Shown piece after piece: positions 23,635 through 31,963 of a DNA stretch of 47,211 nt. Positions within the stretch are counted from its first letter, which is position 1; each line of letters starts with the position of its first letter. The notes below the pieces were generated by a model that had not been told where the DNA came from, ran no database searches, and saw only the letters and a list, made by a program, of their open reading frames with translations. A program made the position numbers and the translations under genes. Source of the DNA: a virus. The DNA lies in the IMG/VR virus record IMGVR_UViG_3300045988_030428; one strand, given 5' to 3'.

Positions 23635-25051
23635 CGCTGTCCACCTCTAGCGGCTCCCACTTCTTCATCTGCTCCTGATAGTACGATTCCGACATATTGA
23701 ACGCCGACTGCGGGTCTGAGAACAGGCCGCAATGCTCGAATGCAAGAGCAGGATGGATGTGCGAATTATTGAGCATCGAAACAAGCACCTGTGACTTGCT
23801 CTGAATGTTATCGTAATTGTGCCGCGTGAACTTGATATCGACGTCTTTCAGCATGAGCGAAAGCCCGCCGGAACGCTTGATAATGGAAAGCGCGATTTTC
23901 AGGAACTCTCTTTCAGAACGCTTGAAGTTCGCCTCGTCGGATTTCGCTCTTGCCTCTGCCGTAGACCATCCGTCACGGACAATGACCGCTGCTCCGGTAT
24001 CGCTTGTGCTTGTTCCGCCGTTCCTATTCGGCATACCGACGATTTCAAGCACCTTCTGGTACAGATCGTCAATGAGCGTCTGCGTCTGCGTCTGGTTTAG
24101 CTGCTCGTTAAGGACTTTGATGTCGGCCTTGTTCTCTCCAAAGGATTTCAGGATGATAAGCCCAGCATCCCGGAGGTTTTTTGCCTTGTCCTCGTCGATC
24201 TCGGCATTATAAAGCACCATAAGCGACTGAATGAACTGGTCTACGCCGTCAAGCCTATCGCTCTGCGTGTCGTTGATCGCGTCCAGAAGTGGAAGTACGA
24301 TCTCAAACGCACCCTGTCTGGCGTTATTCAGGACATATTCCACGACCGGGATGTACCCGACTGTGTTCTTCTCATGCTTCACAATCCGTCCTGTACCGTT
24401 TACGCCGTCGCTCTCGATCTCAAAATACTCCGAACCTGTCCAAACGCTGAAAACGACCGTCAAATCGTCCTTCTTGACGTACTTTACGCCCATGACAGGC
24501 TTTTCCCCGATCCCGGAGTAATGCACGACAAATGCGCCGCGCGGGTCTAGGCAGTGGACAGTGAATGGCGTATCGTCTCCGAGGTCTGGCTTCTCGCCGA
24601 CAGAGAGGGCCGGAACCGCTTTCCCGAGAATCGCAGCGTCGTTCGGAAGCACAAGCCTGTAGCCTACACCACAAATGTAGAGCCATTCCGCAATGTCGTT
24701 GTCCACGCAAGCCTTGCTGCAAAGCTCCATAATGTCGTTCAGCTCGCCAACTTCTTTGCTCGTATCTGTGTCGGAGCGGCTTACATACTGGATCGGCTCG
24801 CCGAGCAGATAGCCCGTCTTGAATGAAACGATCTCATTCGCGATGTTCTCAACGATTTTATTGCAGATTTCAGGACGAATTTCCTTTTTCCTCTGTAAAA
24901 CAGGCTGCTGCCCCTTGAAGTAGTTGTACAGGTACTCGATATCCCCGTAATTGGAGATATGGTCGTTCATTGCAGATTCCAGCACTGTCAAAACATTGCT
25001 TTCGTCTACATATTCAACGTCGGTTTTGATTTTCGTGCGTCCAAACTGCAT
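23561..25051 (-). CDS. Portal protein (SPP1 gp6-like)
   Basis: 496 aa, between the terminase region and the Mu F-like gene. It has an acidic C-terminal tail that overlaps the next gene by 74 nt. Confidence 0.85.
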   Translation of the reverse strand: MQFGRTKIKTDVEYVDESNVLTVLESAMNDHISNYGDIEYLYNYFKGQQPVLQRKKEIRPEICNKIVENIANEIVSFKTGYLLGEPIQYVSRSDTDTSKEVGELNDIMELCSKACVDNDIAEWLYICGVGYRLVLPNDAAILGKAVPALSVGEKPDLGDDTPFTVHCLDPRGAFVVHYSGIGEKPVMGVKYVKKDDLTVVFSVWTGSEYFEIESDGVNGTGRIVKHEKNTVGYIPVVEYVLNNARQGAFEIVLPLLDAINDTQSDRLDGVDQFIQSLMVLYNAEIDEDKAKNLRDAGLIILKSFGENKADIKVLNEQLNQTQTQTLIDDLYQKVLEIVGMPNRNGGTSTSDTGAAVIVRDGWSTAEARAKSDEANFKRSEREFLKIALSIIKRSGGLSLMLKDVDIKFTRHNYDNIQSKSQVLVSMLNNSHIHPALAFEHCGLFSDPQSAFNMSESYYQEQMKKWEPLEVDSDENDDLQQTGQGASGSQEQSQEGV

Positions 25052-25068
25052 AGGATACCCCTTTTCGT

Positions 25069-25145
25069 TGGTGGGCCGTCTCGGAGTCGAACCGAGATGT
25101 TACCGGTTATGAGCCGGTCGCTCTAGCCATTTGAGATAACGGCCC
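25069..25145 (-). tRNA. tRNA with CAT anticodon (elongator Met or Ile2-lysidine type, not initiator)
   Basis: Minus strand: GGGCCGT-TA-TCTC-AAATGGCTA-GAGC-G-ACCGG-CTCATAA-CCGGT-AACAT-CTCGG-TTCGACT-CCGAG-ACGGCCC-A-CCA (77 nt). The 1:72 position is a G-C pair. Confidence 0.85.
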
Positions 25146-25389
25146 GTCGTTTCCGGCTTGACGTACCGGACGCAAGGCCATGCGCGCTGGCCAACGGGCA
25201 GTTCTTTGCGGCATCCTGCTGCTTCCGCTTCACACCGGATTCCGGTGCGGTCGGTTTTGTCAGTTCGGCTTCTCAAGTGACTTCATCCGGACCTGCCACG
25301 CGTTGGCTTTCTCCGGCAAGCTGAACGATTTGCATCTTGAAAATGCGCGGCGCTCTACGAAAACCTTAGTCACACGATTTTTACGACGG

Positions 25390-25454
25390 TGCGGCGTGAC
25401 CGAATCGAACGGCCTTGGGGCAGCTGCTCGTAACTGCCCTTTGCCAAATGCCGC
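25390..25454 (-). ncRNA. tRNA-like minihelix (T-arm plus acceptor, no D-arm), possibly a degenerate tRNA
   Basis: Minus strand: GCGGCAT...GGGCAG-TTACGAGCAG-CTGCCC...GGCCG-TTCGATT-CGGTC-ACGCCGC-A. Six of 7 acceptor pairs form. It is only 65 nt and has a 10-nt loop, so it is not a canonical cloverleaf. Confidence 0.2.
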
Positions 25455-25460
25455 ATGATT

Positions 25461-25856
25461 TCATTCAGAATGACTATCTGTGCGCAGTTCGGCGGCGTGT
25501 ATTCCCTGCGCGTCACCGTCACCGAGGCGGACACGAATTTTTGCGGTACAGCGGTATTTGCAGGTTTTCCAGTCCGCGAGGCTGCACGACTCGAAGATGC
25601 AGGGTGATCCGGCGTACTCCGGATTGTCGCAGAATTCGTGGATCAGCTCCGGATACAGAGCTTTCATCGCGAAAAGAAGCCGCGCCCCTTCGGGACCGAC
25701 AATCATAGGATTTCCTTCCGGTGCGTAGTGCCGAATCTGAACCGGAATCTCATCCCTCGTTTCGTAGTAGTTGACAGAAACCGGGCGCGATGCACTGTCT
25801 ACAACAACGTAGACATTTTTCGTGCCGTTGGTGAGATAGCGAATGTCCAAGCTCAT
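25461..25856 (-). CDS. Hypothetical protein (131 aa) inside the tRNA island
   Basis: AAGGAGG RBS. Product: MSLDIRYLTNGTKNVYVVVDSASRPVSVNYYETRDEIPVQIRHYAPEG... Confidence 0.6.
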   Translation of the reverse strand: MSLDIRYLTNGTKNVYVVVDSASRPVSVNYYETRDEIPVQIRHYAPEGNPMIVGPEGARLLFAMKALYPELIHEFCDNPEYAGSPCIFESCSLADWKTCKYRCTAKIRVRLGDGDAQGIHAAELRTDSHSE

Positions 25857-25937
25857 TTATTTTCCTCCTTGCTTTGTTTTCTTGGTTTTGTACAGCCTGC
25901 CTCCCGGCTCCGGAGCCGCCCGGATTCATCCGCCGTA

Positions 25938-26013
25938 TGGCGGGACATGAAGGGCTTGAACCTCCGACAGGCGGATTAACAGTCCGCTGCTCTCCCAACT
26001 GAGCTAATGTCCC
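25938..26013 (-). tRNA. tRNA-Asn (GTT)
   Basis: Minus strand: GGGACAT-TA-GCTC-AGTTGGGA-GAGC-A-GCGGA-CTGTTAA-TCCGC-CTGTC-GGAGG-TTCAAGC-CCTTC-ATGTCCC-G-CCA (76 nt). Clean cloverleaf. Confidence 0.9.
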
Positions 26014-26192
26014 GTATGTTCTGCTCTCGCCTTGACACCCGGACGAGCCGGATGCCAAGGAGGAAAGTAATGAAACATGGCCGTGCCAAGGCCGAAGCAG
26101 AACTCTTTACATAGATAATAGCACAGAATCACGTGAAAACGTCTGTTTTCGTACACTTTCAACGAAAATAGCGCACACAAACGTGCATCAAT

Positions 26193-27836
26193 TTAGAACG
26201 TTCGGCGTTTGATCTCGATTTGCGCAGAGCCATGATACAATTCGTCGGCTAACATTGCCAAACTATCCGGCGCGTCGTCGTGCACGTTCTTACCTGTCTG
26301 TGAGAAGGTACACACTTCGCGCATAAACTCGTCGTATTCCGGTGTTCTGTGTTCTTTGTCGATGAAATAGAACTTCTTGATTTCCGGGGAGTACTGAATA
26401 ATCCGCCCGAGCTTGCTTTGATTGTTTGGCGCTCTCTGAGAAGTGATATTTGTTGTCACCCCAATCCCTCGAAGCAGTCTATCAACAGTCGAAGCATATT
26501 CTCCGCCGCCGTTGTTCGCCTCGAAGCGCTCCTTGTGCGGCTTGTGCTCCTTCGTCCGGTTGGCTACAAGAGGCTGCGTAACGTCCTTCGCGCCCTTGCT
26601 GAAAATAACGTCGTGAATATAAACGCTGCCGTCCGCCGCTACATACGCAAAGGGCATTGCAAGGCTGTCACCGCCGCCCCACGCCACGTCGCACACAGCG
26701 ACTTTATAGAAATCGTCTTCCGGCAAAACGCCGTTGTAATACCGAAGGGACTCCGCAGGGAACAAAAGGCCCTCACGAACATAAGGTTTACCCTGATACT
26801 TCGCACACCACGTCGCATCGTCGATGCTGGCCTTCATGTCCTTGTAGTACTCCGTAGAGAAACCAAGCCCGTATTGGTAGTTGAAATTCGACTCTCCCTT
26901 TTCGTTCAGGGCCGGAATCACGCGGAATCGATATCGCGGGTTTCCTTCGTACTGTTCCTGAATCCTTCCCAGCGGATCGGCAACGTTCCACCGTGTACCG
27001 ACCATCAGCTCGAAAGCCCCGTCTTTTTTTCTGTCTTTGAGCTGATTCAAATACGCATCGTATTTTGCTTGCAGCCGTACAGGGTTCAAGGACTCTTCCA
27101 AATCCTCTATCAGGTCGTCCACATACAAGCATCCGCCCGTTCCAACTTCGACTGCGCCGGTCAGTGTTCCGCCGACAGACCGCGCCGTGAACGTTGGGAA
27201 GCGCTTCTTCCGCTCCAGATCAATCGTCTCGTTCTTTGCGGAATTATCCACGACCTTAACATCCGGGAACACGTCAGCCCAAGAGTACGTTTCCGCGTCC
27301 GTCAGGATGTTCATTGTCTCTCTGTAGAACCCGTCCGTCAGCTTATCCGAGTGCCCTGACATGACATTCGCAACTTCCGGTCTCTTCCCCATGATCCACG
27401 TCATGAAAAAAATGCAGAGCGTAGACTTCCCAACTCGCGGAGGCAAAGACACCCCGAGAAAATCCAACTCCCCGTCGTTCAGTTCCTGCAAGTCCTGTAC
27501 AAGTGGCCGGAGCGTCGCCCTTCTCGGAACATAAAACCGTTTCGTCTTGTCCCTGTTCCATTCCAGATATACGCAGTAAGAATCGAAGTCATCTTTCGCA
27601 GCCAAGAGATACGTCTTTTTGTTTATTTCGAAAAATTTGAGAACTGCATTCGCATCTTCCGTTTCTTTTACCTTCAAGGCAGTTGCGTTTCTCAACCACA
27701 AATCATGTTTGAACGCGTGCTCCCTATCTGCCTCCCACATTGCCCTGACAATGTCGAAGTAGTCCCCATACGCCGCGCTATCCTCCGGTCTCGACTCGAT
27801 GAATCGCCTGATCCTGCTTAACGTCTCTTCGTACAT
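26193..27836 (-). CDS. terL: Terminase large subunit
   Basis: 547 aa. Walker A-like LPPRVGKST, Walker B-like CLYVDDLIED, and a C-terminal nuclease-like region. Confidence 0.9.
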   Translation of the reverse strand: MYEETLSRIRRFIESRPEDSAAYGDYFDIVRAMWEADREHAFKHDLWLRNATALKVKETEDANAVLKFFEINKKTYLLAAKDDFDSYCVYLEWNRDKTKRFYVPRRATLRPLVQDLQELNDGELDFLGVSLPPRVGKSTLCIFFMTWIMGKRPEVANVMSGHSDKLTDGFYRETMNILTDAETYSWADVFPDVKVVDNSAKNETIDLERKKRFPTFTARSVGGTLTGAVEVGTGGCLYVDDLIEDLEESLNPVRLQAKYDAYLNQLKDRKKDGAFELMVGTRWNVADPLGRIQEQYEGNPRYRFRVIPALNEKGESNFNYQYGLGFSTEYYKDMKASIDDATWCAKYQGKPYVREGLLFPAESLRYYNGVLPEDDFYKVAVCDVAWGGGDSLAMPFAYVAADGSVYIHDVIFSKGAKDVTQPLVANRTKEHKPHKERFEANNGGGEYASTVDRLLRGIGVTTNITSQRAPNNQSKLGRIIQYSPEIKKFYFIDKEHRTPEYDEFMREVCTFSQTGKNVHDDAPDSLAMLADELYHGSAQIEIKRRTF

Positions 27837-27846
27837 CCTTCTCCTC

Positions 27847-27882
27847 CAAAAGCAAACGGGCCGACGCTTACAACGTCAGCCC
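27847..27882 (-). terminator. Hairpin plus T-rich tract immediately upstream of the terL RBS (attenuator/terminator candidate)
   Basis: Minus strand: GGGCTGACG-ttgtaag-CGTCGGCCC followed by GTTTGCTTTTGGAGGAGAAGG-ATG. Confidence 0.4.
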
Positions 27883-28153
27883 TTCTTTGCTGCTTACACC
27901 GAACCCCTTATCGGTGCGGCGTGTATTCAATTCGGTTGAAAGTAAATGCCTTTTTTACATTTTCCGTGGTAAAAGCGTTCACCGGGCCGAGGCTGGGGAC
28001 CCCGTTTCCCCCTCCGGTATGCACCTCCACGGCCTGTATAATATGCGTTTCATGCATTGCATACGTGCATAACGTTCACGCTTCAATGGTTTTCAGTGTG
28101 TTTTCGTAACTTTCCGAAGATATTCAACGCAACAAAATAGATATTTGGTGGCG

Positions 28154-28732
28154 TTACTTATCCGGCATATCCGGCACGGGGGCCACTTCCGGCAGTGCGT
28201 CCCTGTACTTGTCTGCAATCTCAGTAGGGGAAGCCCCATTATCTAGCGGGTTATTCGGAGTAACAACAACATCTTGTGTATCTTTGTACCCGAACATATT
28301 CTTACCAATGAAAATGCCGGACGCCGGGTTTATCTTGCCGGACTGCATCCAATCATTCCAAAGAGACTCAAGCACAAACATAGCCTTTTTTATCACCGGT
28401 AGGTGCGTTGTGCTCCTGTAGTCCCCTGCTCTCCATTTGCGGATAGTAGTGGCGTCCACGCCTAGCCATAGCCCCATCCCGGGAACGCTTGGCTTTGCGT
28501 CCTGATTGATGCAGAATTCGAAATATTCTTGGATACGGTGCTCGACCTGCTTGGGATTGCTAATATCGATCGGCGGCAAGTCCCACGCAACCATAGCATT
28601 TCGAAGATATCGGGCATTGTCTCCCGGCTCTATGTACTCTTGGCCGAAGTTGGCAAGATCGGGCCTGTTGCGCTTGCGCTTAGGCTTTGCGATCTCTGTT
28701 GATTGCTCCTTGGCTGCGGTTGCCTTTGGCAT
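28154..28732 (-). CDS. terS: Terminase small subunit
   Basis: 192 aa, upstream of terL. The basic N-terminus (KPKRKRNRP) and PSVPGMGLWLGVDATTIRKWRAG resemble a terS-type HTH. Confidence 0.7.
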   Translation of the reverse strand: MPKATAAKEQSTEIAKPKRKRNRPDLANFGQEYIEPGDNARYLRNAMVAWDLPPIDISNPKQVEHRIQEYFEFCINQDAKPSVPGMGLWLGVDATTIRKWRAGDYRSTTHLPVIKKAMFVLESLWNDWMQSGKINPASGIFIGKNMFGYKDTQDVVVTPNNPLDNGASPTEIADKYRDALPEVAPVPDMPDK

Positions 28733-29161
28733 GAACTCACCCCGTAAAAATCAAAATTGCGCTTTTGCGTCGGCTGCGCGTGCGCAAGCTAGCTTGCGGC
28801 TGCGCTGCTAGCAAAAGCATAACATTTTTTGCACGGGAAAATCAAGGCTTTGGGGCGTGGCGCGTGGAAGTGGTGCCCGTTTGCGTGCATCACTTTGCGC
28901 CGTGCGCTGCTCCGTTGCGTGATCGTCGGCGGAATCGTGGCAGATATGGGAGTTTTGCGCAGGGGCGCGTATATTACAAGAGTGGTGCATGCTCGGATTG
29001 AAAGGAGTAATCAACGCGCGTACATTGTGCGCCGCTGTGGTGCATCCGGTGCGCGGGGGCTCCCAGACATGCGAGCCGCTGGCGCTCCCGCATTGCGAAG
29101 ATAGATACTGCACAGGATAGCAAGAGCACCGACCGCCGTTAATCGGTAGCCGGTGCATGAT

Positions 29162-29425
29162 TTACTGTGCTTTTTTAAGCTGCTCGATGTCTTGCGACAT
29201 GATCCGAATAACTTGTTTCAACATAAGAATATCATCTTCAAGCTCTTCAACTTTTGACTTTGTGGCGAGCGTGTCAAGCAATGTTTGCTGTCCCTCTGCC
29301 AAAAGTTCAAGTTGCTTTGAAATCGTGTTTTCAATAATTACTTGAATATCGTTCACAGCTCCGCGCCTTGCTTCGTCGGTGATCTCCTTTACTTGCTGCA
29401 ATTCAACATCATTTAGCATTTGCAT
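29162..29425 (-). CDS. Coiled-coil protein (87 aa), second gene of the RHH operon
   Basis: All-helical heptad-like sequence. It overlaps the stop of the RHH gene. Confidence 0.55.
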   Translation of the reverse strand: MQMLNDVELQQVKEITDEARRGAVNDIQVIIENTISKQLELLAEGQQTLLDTLATKSKVEELEDDILMLKQVIRIMSQDIEQLKKAQ

Positions 29426-29609
29426 TCCCTTCCTTGTACGTGTAATTTTCCATTGCCTGCCGTAGCACCGTGTTCACCTTGTCACCGTTTGCGGCGCAGG
29501 CGGCCTTGAAATCCTCCAGCAGCGTTTTTTTAACTTTGATCGTTTGGCAGATCATGTTTTCAGAATCCCATTTTTTATTTGCTCTGCGGCGAGCATCTGT
29601 AATTGCCAT
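29409..29609 (-). CDS. Ribbon-helix-helix (CopG/Arc-like) DNA-binding protein
   Basis: GAGGTGA RBS and ATG at 29609. MAITDARRRANKKWDSENMICQTIKVKKTLLEDFKAACAANGDKVNTVLRQAME fits the RHH pattern. Confidence 0.65.
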   Translation of the reverse strand: MAITDARRRANKKWDSENMICQTIKVKKTLLEDFKAACAANGDKVNTVLRQAMENYTYKEGNANAK

Positions 29610-29628
29610 GTTATCACCTCGCAAACAT

Positions 29629-29656
29629 ATTATCATACCGCGCTAAACGTTGTAAA
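29629..29656 (-). promoter_or_regulatory. Promoter of the RHH operon, overlapping one ACGTTGTA repeat
   Basis: Minus strand: TTTACA (29656-29651), a 16-nt spacer, then GATAAT (29634-29629). Confidence 0.45.
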
Positions 29657-29704
29657 GTACAAATATGCACAAAATGTACGTTGTATCTTTGTATGCTTTA
29701 TCAA

Positions 29705-29733
29705 TTGCAATTGCACGTTGTATCGTGTACAAT
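29705..29733 (+). promoter_or_regulatory. Promoter of the + strand four-gene island
   Basis: TTGCAA (29705-29710), a 17-nt spacer, then TACAAT (29728-29733). The spacer contains an ACGTTGTA repeat (29715-29722). Confidence 0.5.
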
Positions 29734-29801
29734 AATCATGTAATCAAGAGATGCCTCCCCTCCCCTATCGGGAGCGGCAACGTTGAAAAGGAGAAATTAA
29801 T

Positions 29802-29981
29802 ATGTTTATGTTTATGAGCAAGCAGAAGATAGCCGAAGAAAAGGAAAGACTTATCGACGAACGTAACGCCCTTATTAAAAAAGCGCAGGAAATTGAATCG
29901 AAGAAGGGCGAAAAATTTTCTTGGAGCTACTTCCAGCGCGCCGAGGCGATCTTGGAGCAGATCGCAAAGCTCAGATCGTAA
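29802..29981 (+). CDS. Small helical protein (59 aa), island gene 1
   Basis: AAAGGAG RBS. Product: MFMFMSKQKIAEEKERLIDERNALIKKAQEIESKKGEKFSWSYFQRAEAILEQIAKLRS. It is one codon below the ORF-track cut-off. Confidence 0.5.
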   Translation: MFMFMSKQKIAEEKERLIDERNALIKKAQEIESKKGEKFSWSYFQRAEAILEQIAKLRS

Positions 29982-30065
29982 ATCCCCTGAAGAGTCTTTG
30001 AAAATTAAGACGAAACGCCTTCGGGCGTCGGGACAACCCTGAAATTGTTTTGGAGGGATATTAAA

Positions 30066-30407
30066 ATGGCAAAATTGTATTTCGTGGAGACTAACGGTGG
30101 CTTTATGGCAGTTGCCACCGCAACCGATCCGGAGCATACGCGCGAGGATGGCAGAGCCTGCTATATGAGGCAGGACGGCAACGAAGAAAGCTACCCGTGC
30201 AGAAATCCGCGTTGGGCTGATGCAGGAGTAGCAGAGCGCGCGGAAATCGCTACGGCGTGGCTCAAGCAACTTGCAGAGTCCACCGACTTCGAATCGCTCT
30301 ATTCGGATTGCGATTGTGATAGCGGATTCTGCGGCGTTTATACCGCGGGCGAATTCTGGCGCGACATCGCCACTGGTGATGATATGATTGCCGCCATCGA
30401 TTTTTGA
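30066..30407 (+). CDS. Acidic hypothetical protein (113 aa), island gene 2
   Basis: GGAGGG RBS and ATG at 30066. Product: MAKLYFVETNGGFMAVATATDPEHTREDGRACYMRQDG... Confidence 0.6.
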   Translation: MAKLYFVETNGGFMAVATATDPEHTREDGRACYMRQDGNEESYPCRNPRWADAGVAERAEIATAWLKQLAESTDFESLYSDCDCDSGFCGVYTAGEFWRDIATGDDMIAAIDF

Positions 30408-30477
30408 TGATTCGGGGCCTCTGGGCGGTTGAGCCGATCAGCCGCACCACATAATCTTAAATCAGGAGGAACAAACA

Positions 30478-31131
30478 ATGAAAATCATTAACAACTGTGA
30501 AGAATTCCGCGTGATCGACCTTTTGAACCAGTATGACGATCTCTACTTTGAAGGCCTGAACATCTCGGCCCATCCGTACCGCAACAGCCTTGTTATTATC
30601 GACTTGGCGAACGCGATGCAGAACGGCAAGACCTGCACGCGCTGGCTTTTCTCGGTCAGCCCGTGGAAGATGGACGCCGACCGCCTCTGCATGACTGAAT
30701 ATGTAGAGATGGCCGCGCCGGAGTGCGACACCCTCGCGGAGCTTGTCGCATGGCTTCGCGCTGGGACGCCTATGCGCGAGGTGGACGGCCTGACGGTCTC
30801 GGCAGGGACACAGCCGGGAAACCGGACGTTTTCGCCCTTCGCTCCCGTGAAACCCGTGAAACTGGGAGACCGACTGAACGCCGGGGCGGTTGCAAAAGCC
30901 ATTCGCGCCGGGCAGATCGTCGCAGGCCGCACCGATGGCAGATACACGGACGACTACGCATTTGACGCGGCTACAGACTTCGGACGTGGAGAGATCGACG
31001 TGCAGGCGTTCGCGCAGGACATCTACGAGAACCCGCGCGGCTGGCGCTTCTGGTGGCACGACGACACGCGGCGCGAGATCGTCGCAGCGTGCCACACGTT
31101 CGACTATAAAACGCTTTCTGTTGCGGGCTGA
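30478..31131 (+). CDS. Hypothetical protein (217 aa), island gene 3
   Basis: AGGAGG RBS. No motif recognised. Confidence 0.65.
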   Translation: MKIINNCEEFRVIDLLNQYDDLYFEGLNISAHPYRNSLVIIDLANAMQNGKTCTRWLFSVSPWKMDADRLCMTEYVEMAAPECDTLAELVAWLRAGTPMREVDGLTVSAGTQPGNRTFSPFAPVKPVKLGDRLNAGAVAKAIRAGQIVAGRTDGRYTDDYAFDAATDFGRGEIDVQAFAQDIYENPRGWRFWWHDDTRREIVAACHTFDYKTLSVAG

Positions 31132-31179
31132 CCGCCACAGGATGAACGGAACTTATTTCTTCGATGGAGGGAAAACAGC

Positions 31180-31911
31180 ATGAAAATTACAAGCATGGGC
31201 GGGCAAGTTCCCGCCCTGTTCGCCGATATGCTTAACCAGCCGCATTTGCTAATTGCTGGCGCGTCCGGCTCCGGTAAATCCGTTTTGCTTAATGGACTGG
31301 TGTGCGCTATCCTGCGCCATCATCCAAACCAGATGCAAATGATTCTTATCGATCCGAAGCGGACAGAGCTTAACGAATATGCCGCGATGCCGCACACACT
31401 GCGTCACGCCACGGAACACGGCGACATCATAGCGGCGCTTGATTATGCGATGGGCATTGTAAACGCCCGCTACAAGGACATGCAACGGCGCAGGATGCGC
31501 ACATACGACGGCGCGAACGTGTATGTCATCATCGAAGAGTTCGCCGACCTCATGACCACGGCAAAGAAAGAGACATTGCCGACCGTTCAGCGCCTTTGCC
31601 AGATCGGGCGCGCCGCAAAAGTGCATGTTATTCTTGTTACGCAATGCCCGCTTGCAACGATCATCCCGACGGCGGTTAAAGTCAATTTTACGGCCATTTG
31701 CGGCCTGCACACCGCGACACGGCAGCAAAGCCGGAATATCTTAGATATGCCCGGCTTGGAGCAGCTCCCGAGATACGGACAGTGTATCTATCAAACGCCC
31801 GCCGGAGTTTGGCGGTATGATGTCCCTTATACCGGATGCGACGAGATCGAAGCGGTCACGACGTTTTACCGGAAGCAACGCTCATTTCTGCAAAGAGTCT
31901 TTGCGAGATAA
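31180..31911 (+). CDS. FtsK/SpoIIIE-family ATPase, motor domain only (243 aa)
   Basis: GGAGGG RBS. HLLIAGASGSGKSVLLN is Walker A. Also present: ILIDPKRTEL, VYVIIEEFADLM (Walker B), GRAAKVHVILVTQCP and SRNILDMPGLEQL. No TM or gamma domain is seen. Confidence 0.8.
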   Translation: MKITSMGGQVPALFADMLNQPHLLIAGASGSGKSVLLNGLVCAILRHHPNQMQMILIDPKRTELNEYAAMPHTLRHATEHGDIIAALDYAMGIVNARYKDMQRRRMRTYDGANVYVIIEEFADLMTTAKKETLPTVQRLCQIGRAAKVHVILVTQCPLATIIPTAVKVNFTAICGLHTATRQQSRNILDMPGLEQLPRYGQCIYQTPAGVWRYDVPYTGCDEIEAVTTFYRKQRSFLQRVFAR

Positions 31912-31914
31912 GAT

Positions 31915-31945
31915 AACCCCGCCCACATCGGGCGGGGTTCTTTTT
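31915..31945 (+). terminator. Rho-independent terminator closing the island (convergent with the early operon)
   Basis: aaccccgccc (31915-31924) pairs with gggcggggtt (31930-31939), followed by cttttt. Confidence 0.8.
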
Positions 31946-31963
31946 CTGCGGTATCGCAAAAGT

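Noticed and set aside
25069-25145. CAT-anticodon tRNA as an initiator tRNA-fMet
   Set aside because: Position 1:72 is a G-C pair and the anticodon stem lacks the three consecutive G-C pairs typical of bacterial initiators. An elongator Met or Ile2 identity is more likely.
26055-26110. 14-codon + strand mini-ORF with AAGGAGG (MKHGRAKAEAELFT)
   Set aside because: It is very short, lies on the opposite strand to all neighbours in the tRNA leader region, and the AAGGAGG may be coincidental. There is no supporting signal.
28808-29158. 116-aa minus ORF, with + ORFs at 28765..29001 and 28829..29104, upstream of terS
   Set aside because: The translations are Cys/His/Arg/Ala-rich with no RBS. The region is better explained as a regulatory or pac region with phased repeats.
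29736-30269. 177-aa minus-strand ORF
   Set aside because: It is antisense to two + strand genes that have strong RBSs and a promoter. The translation is junk-like, and the minus-strand RHH operon promoter fires away from it.
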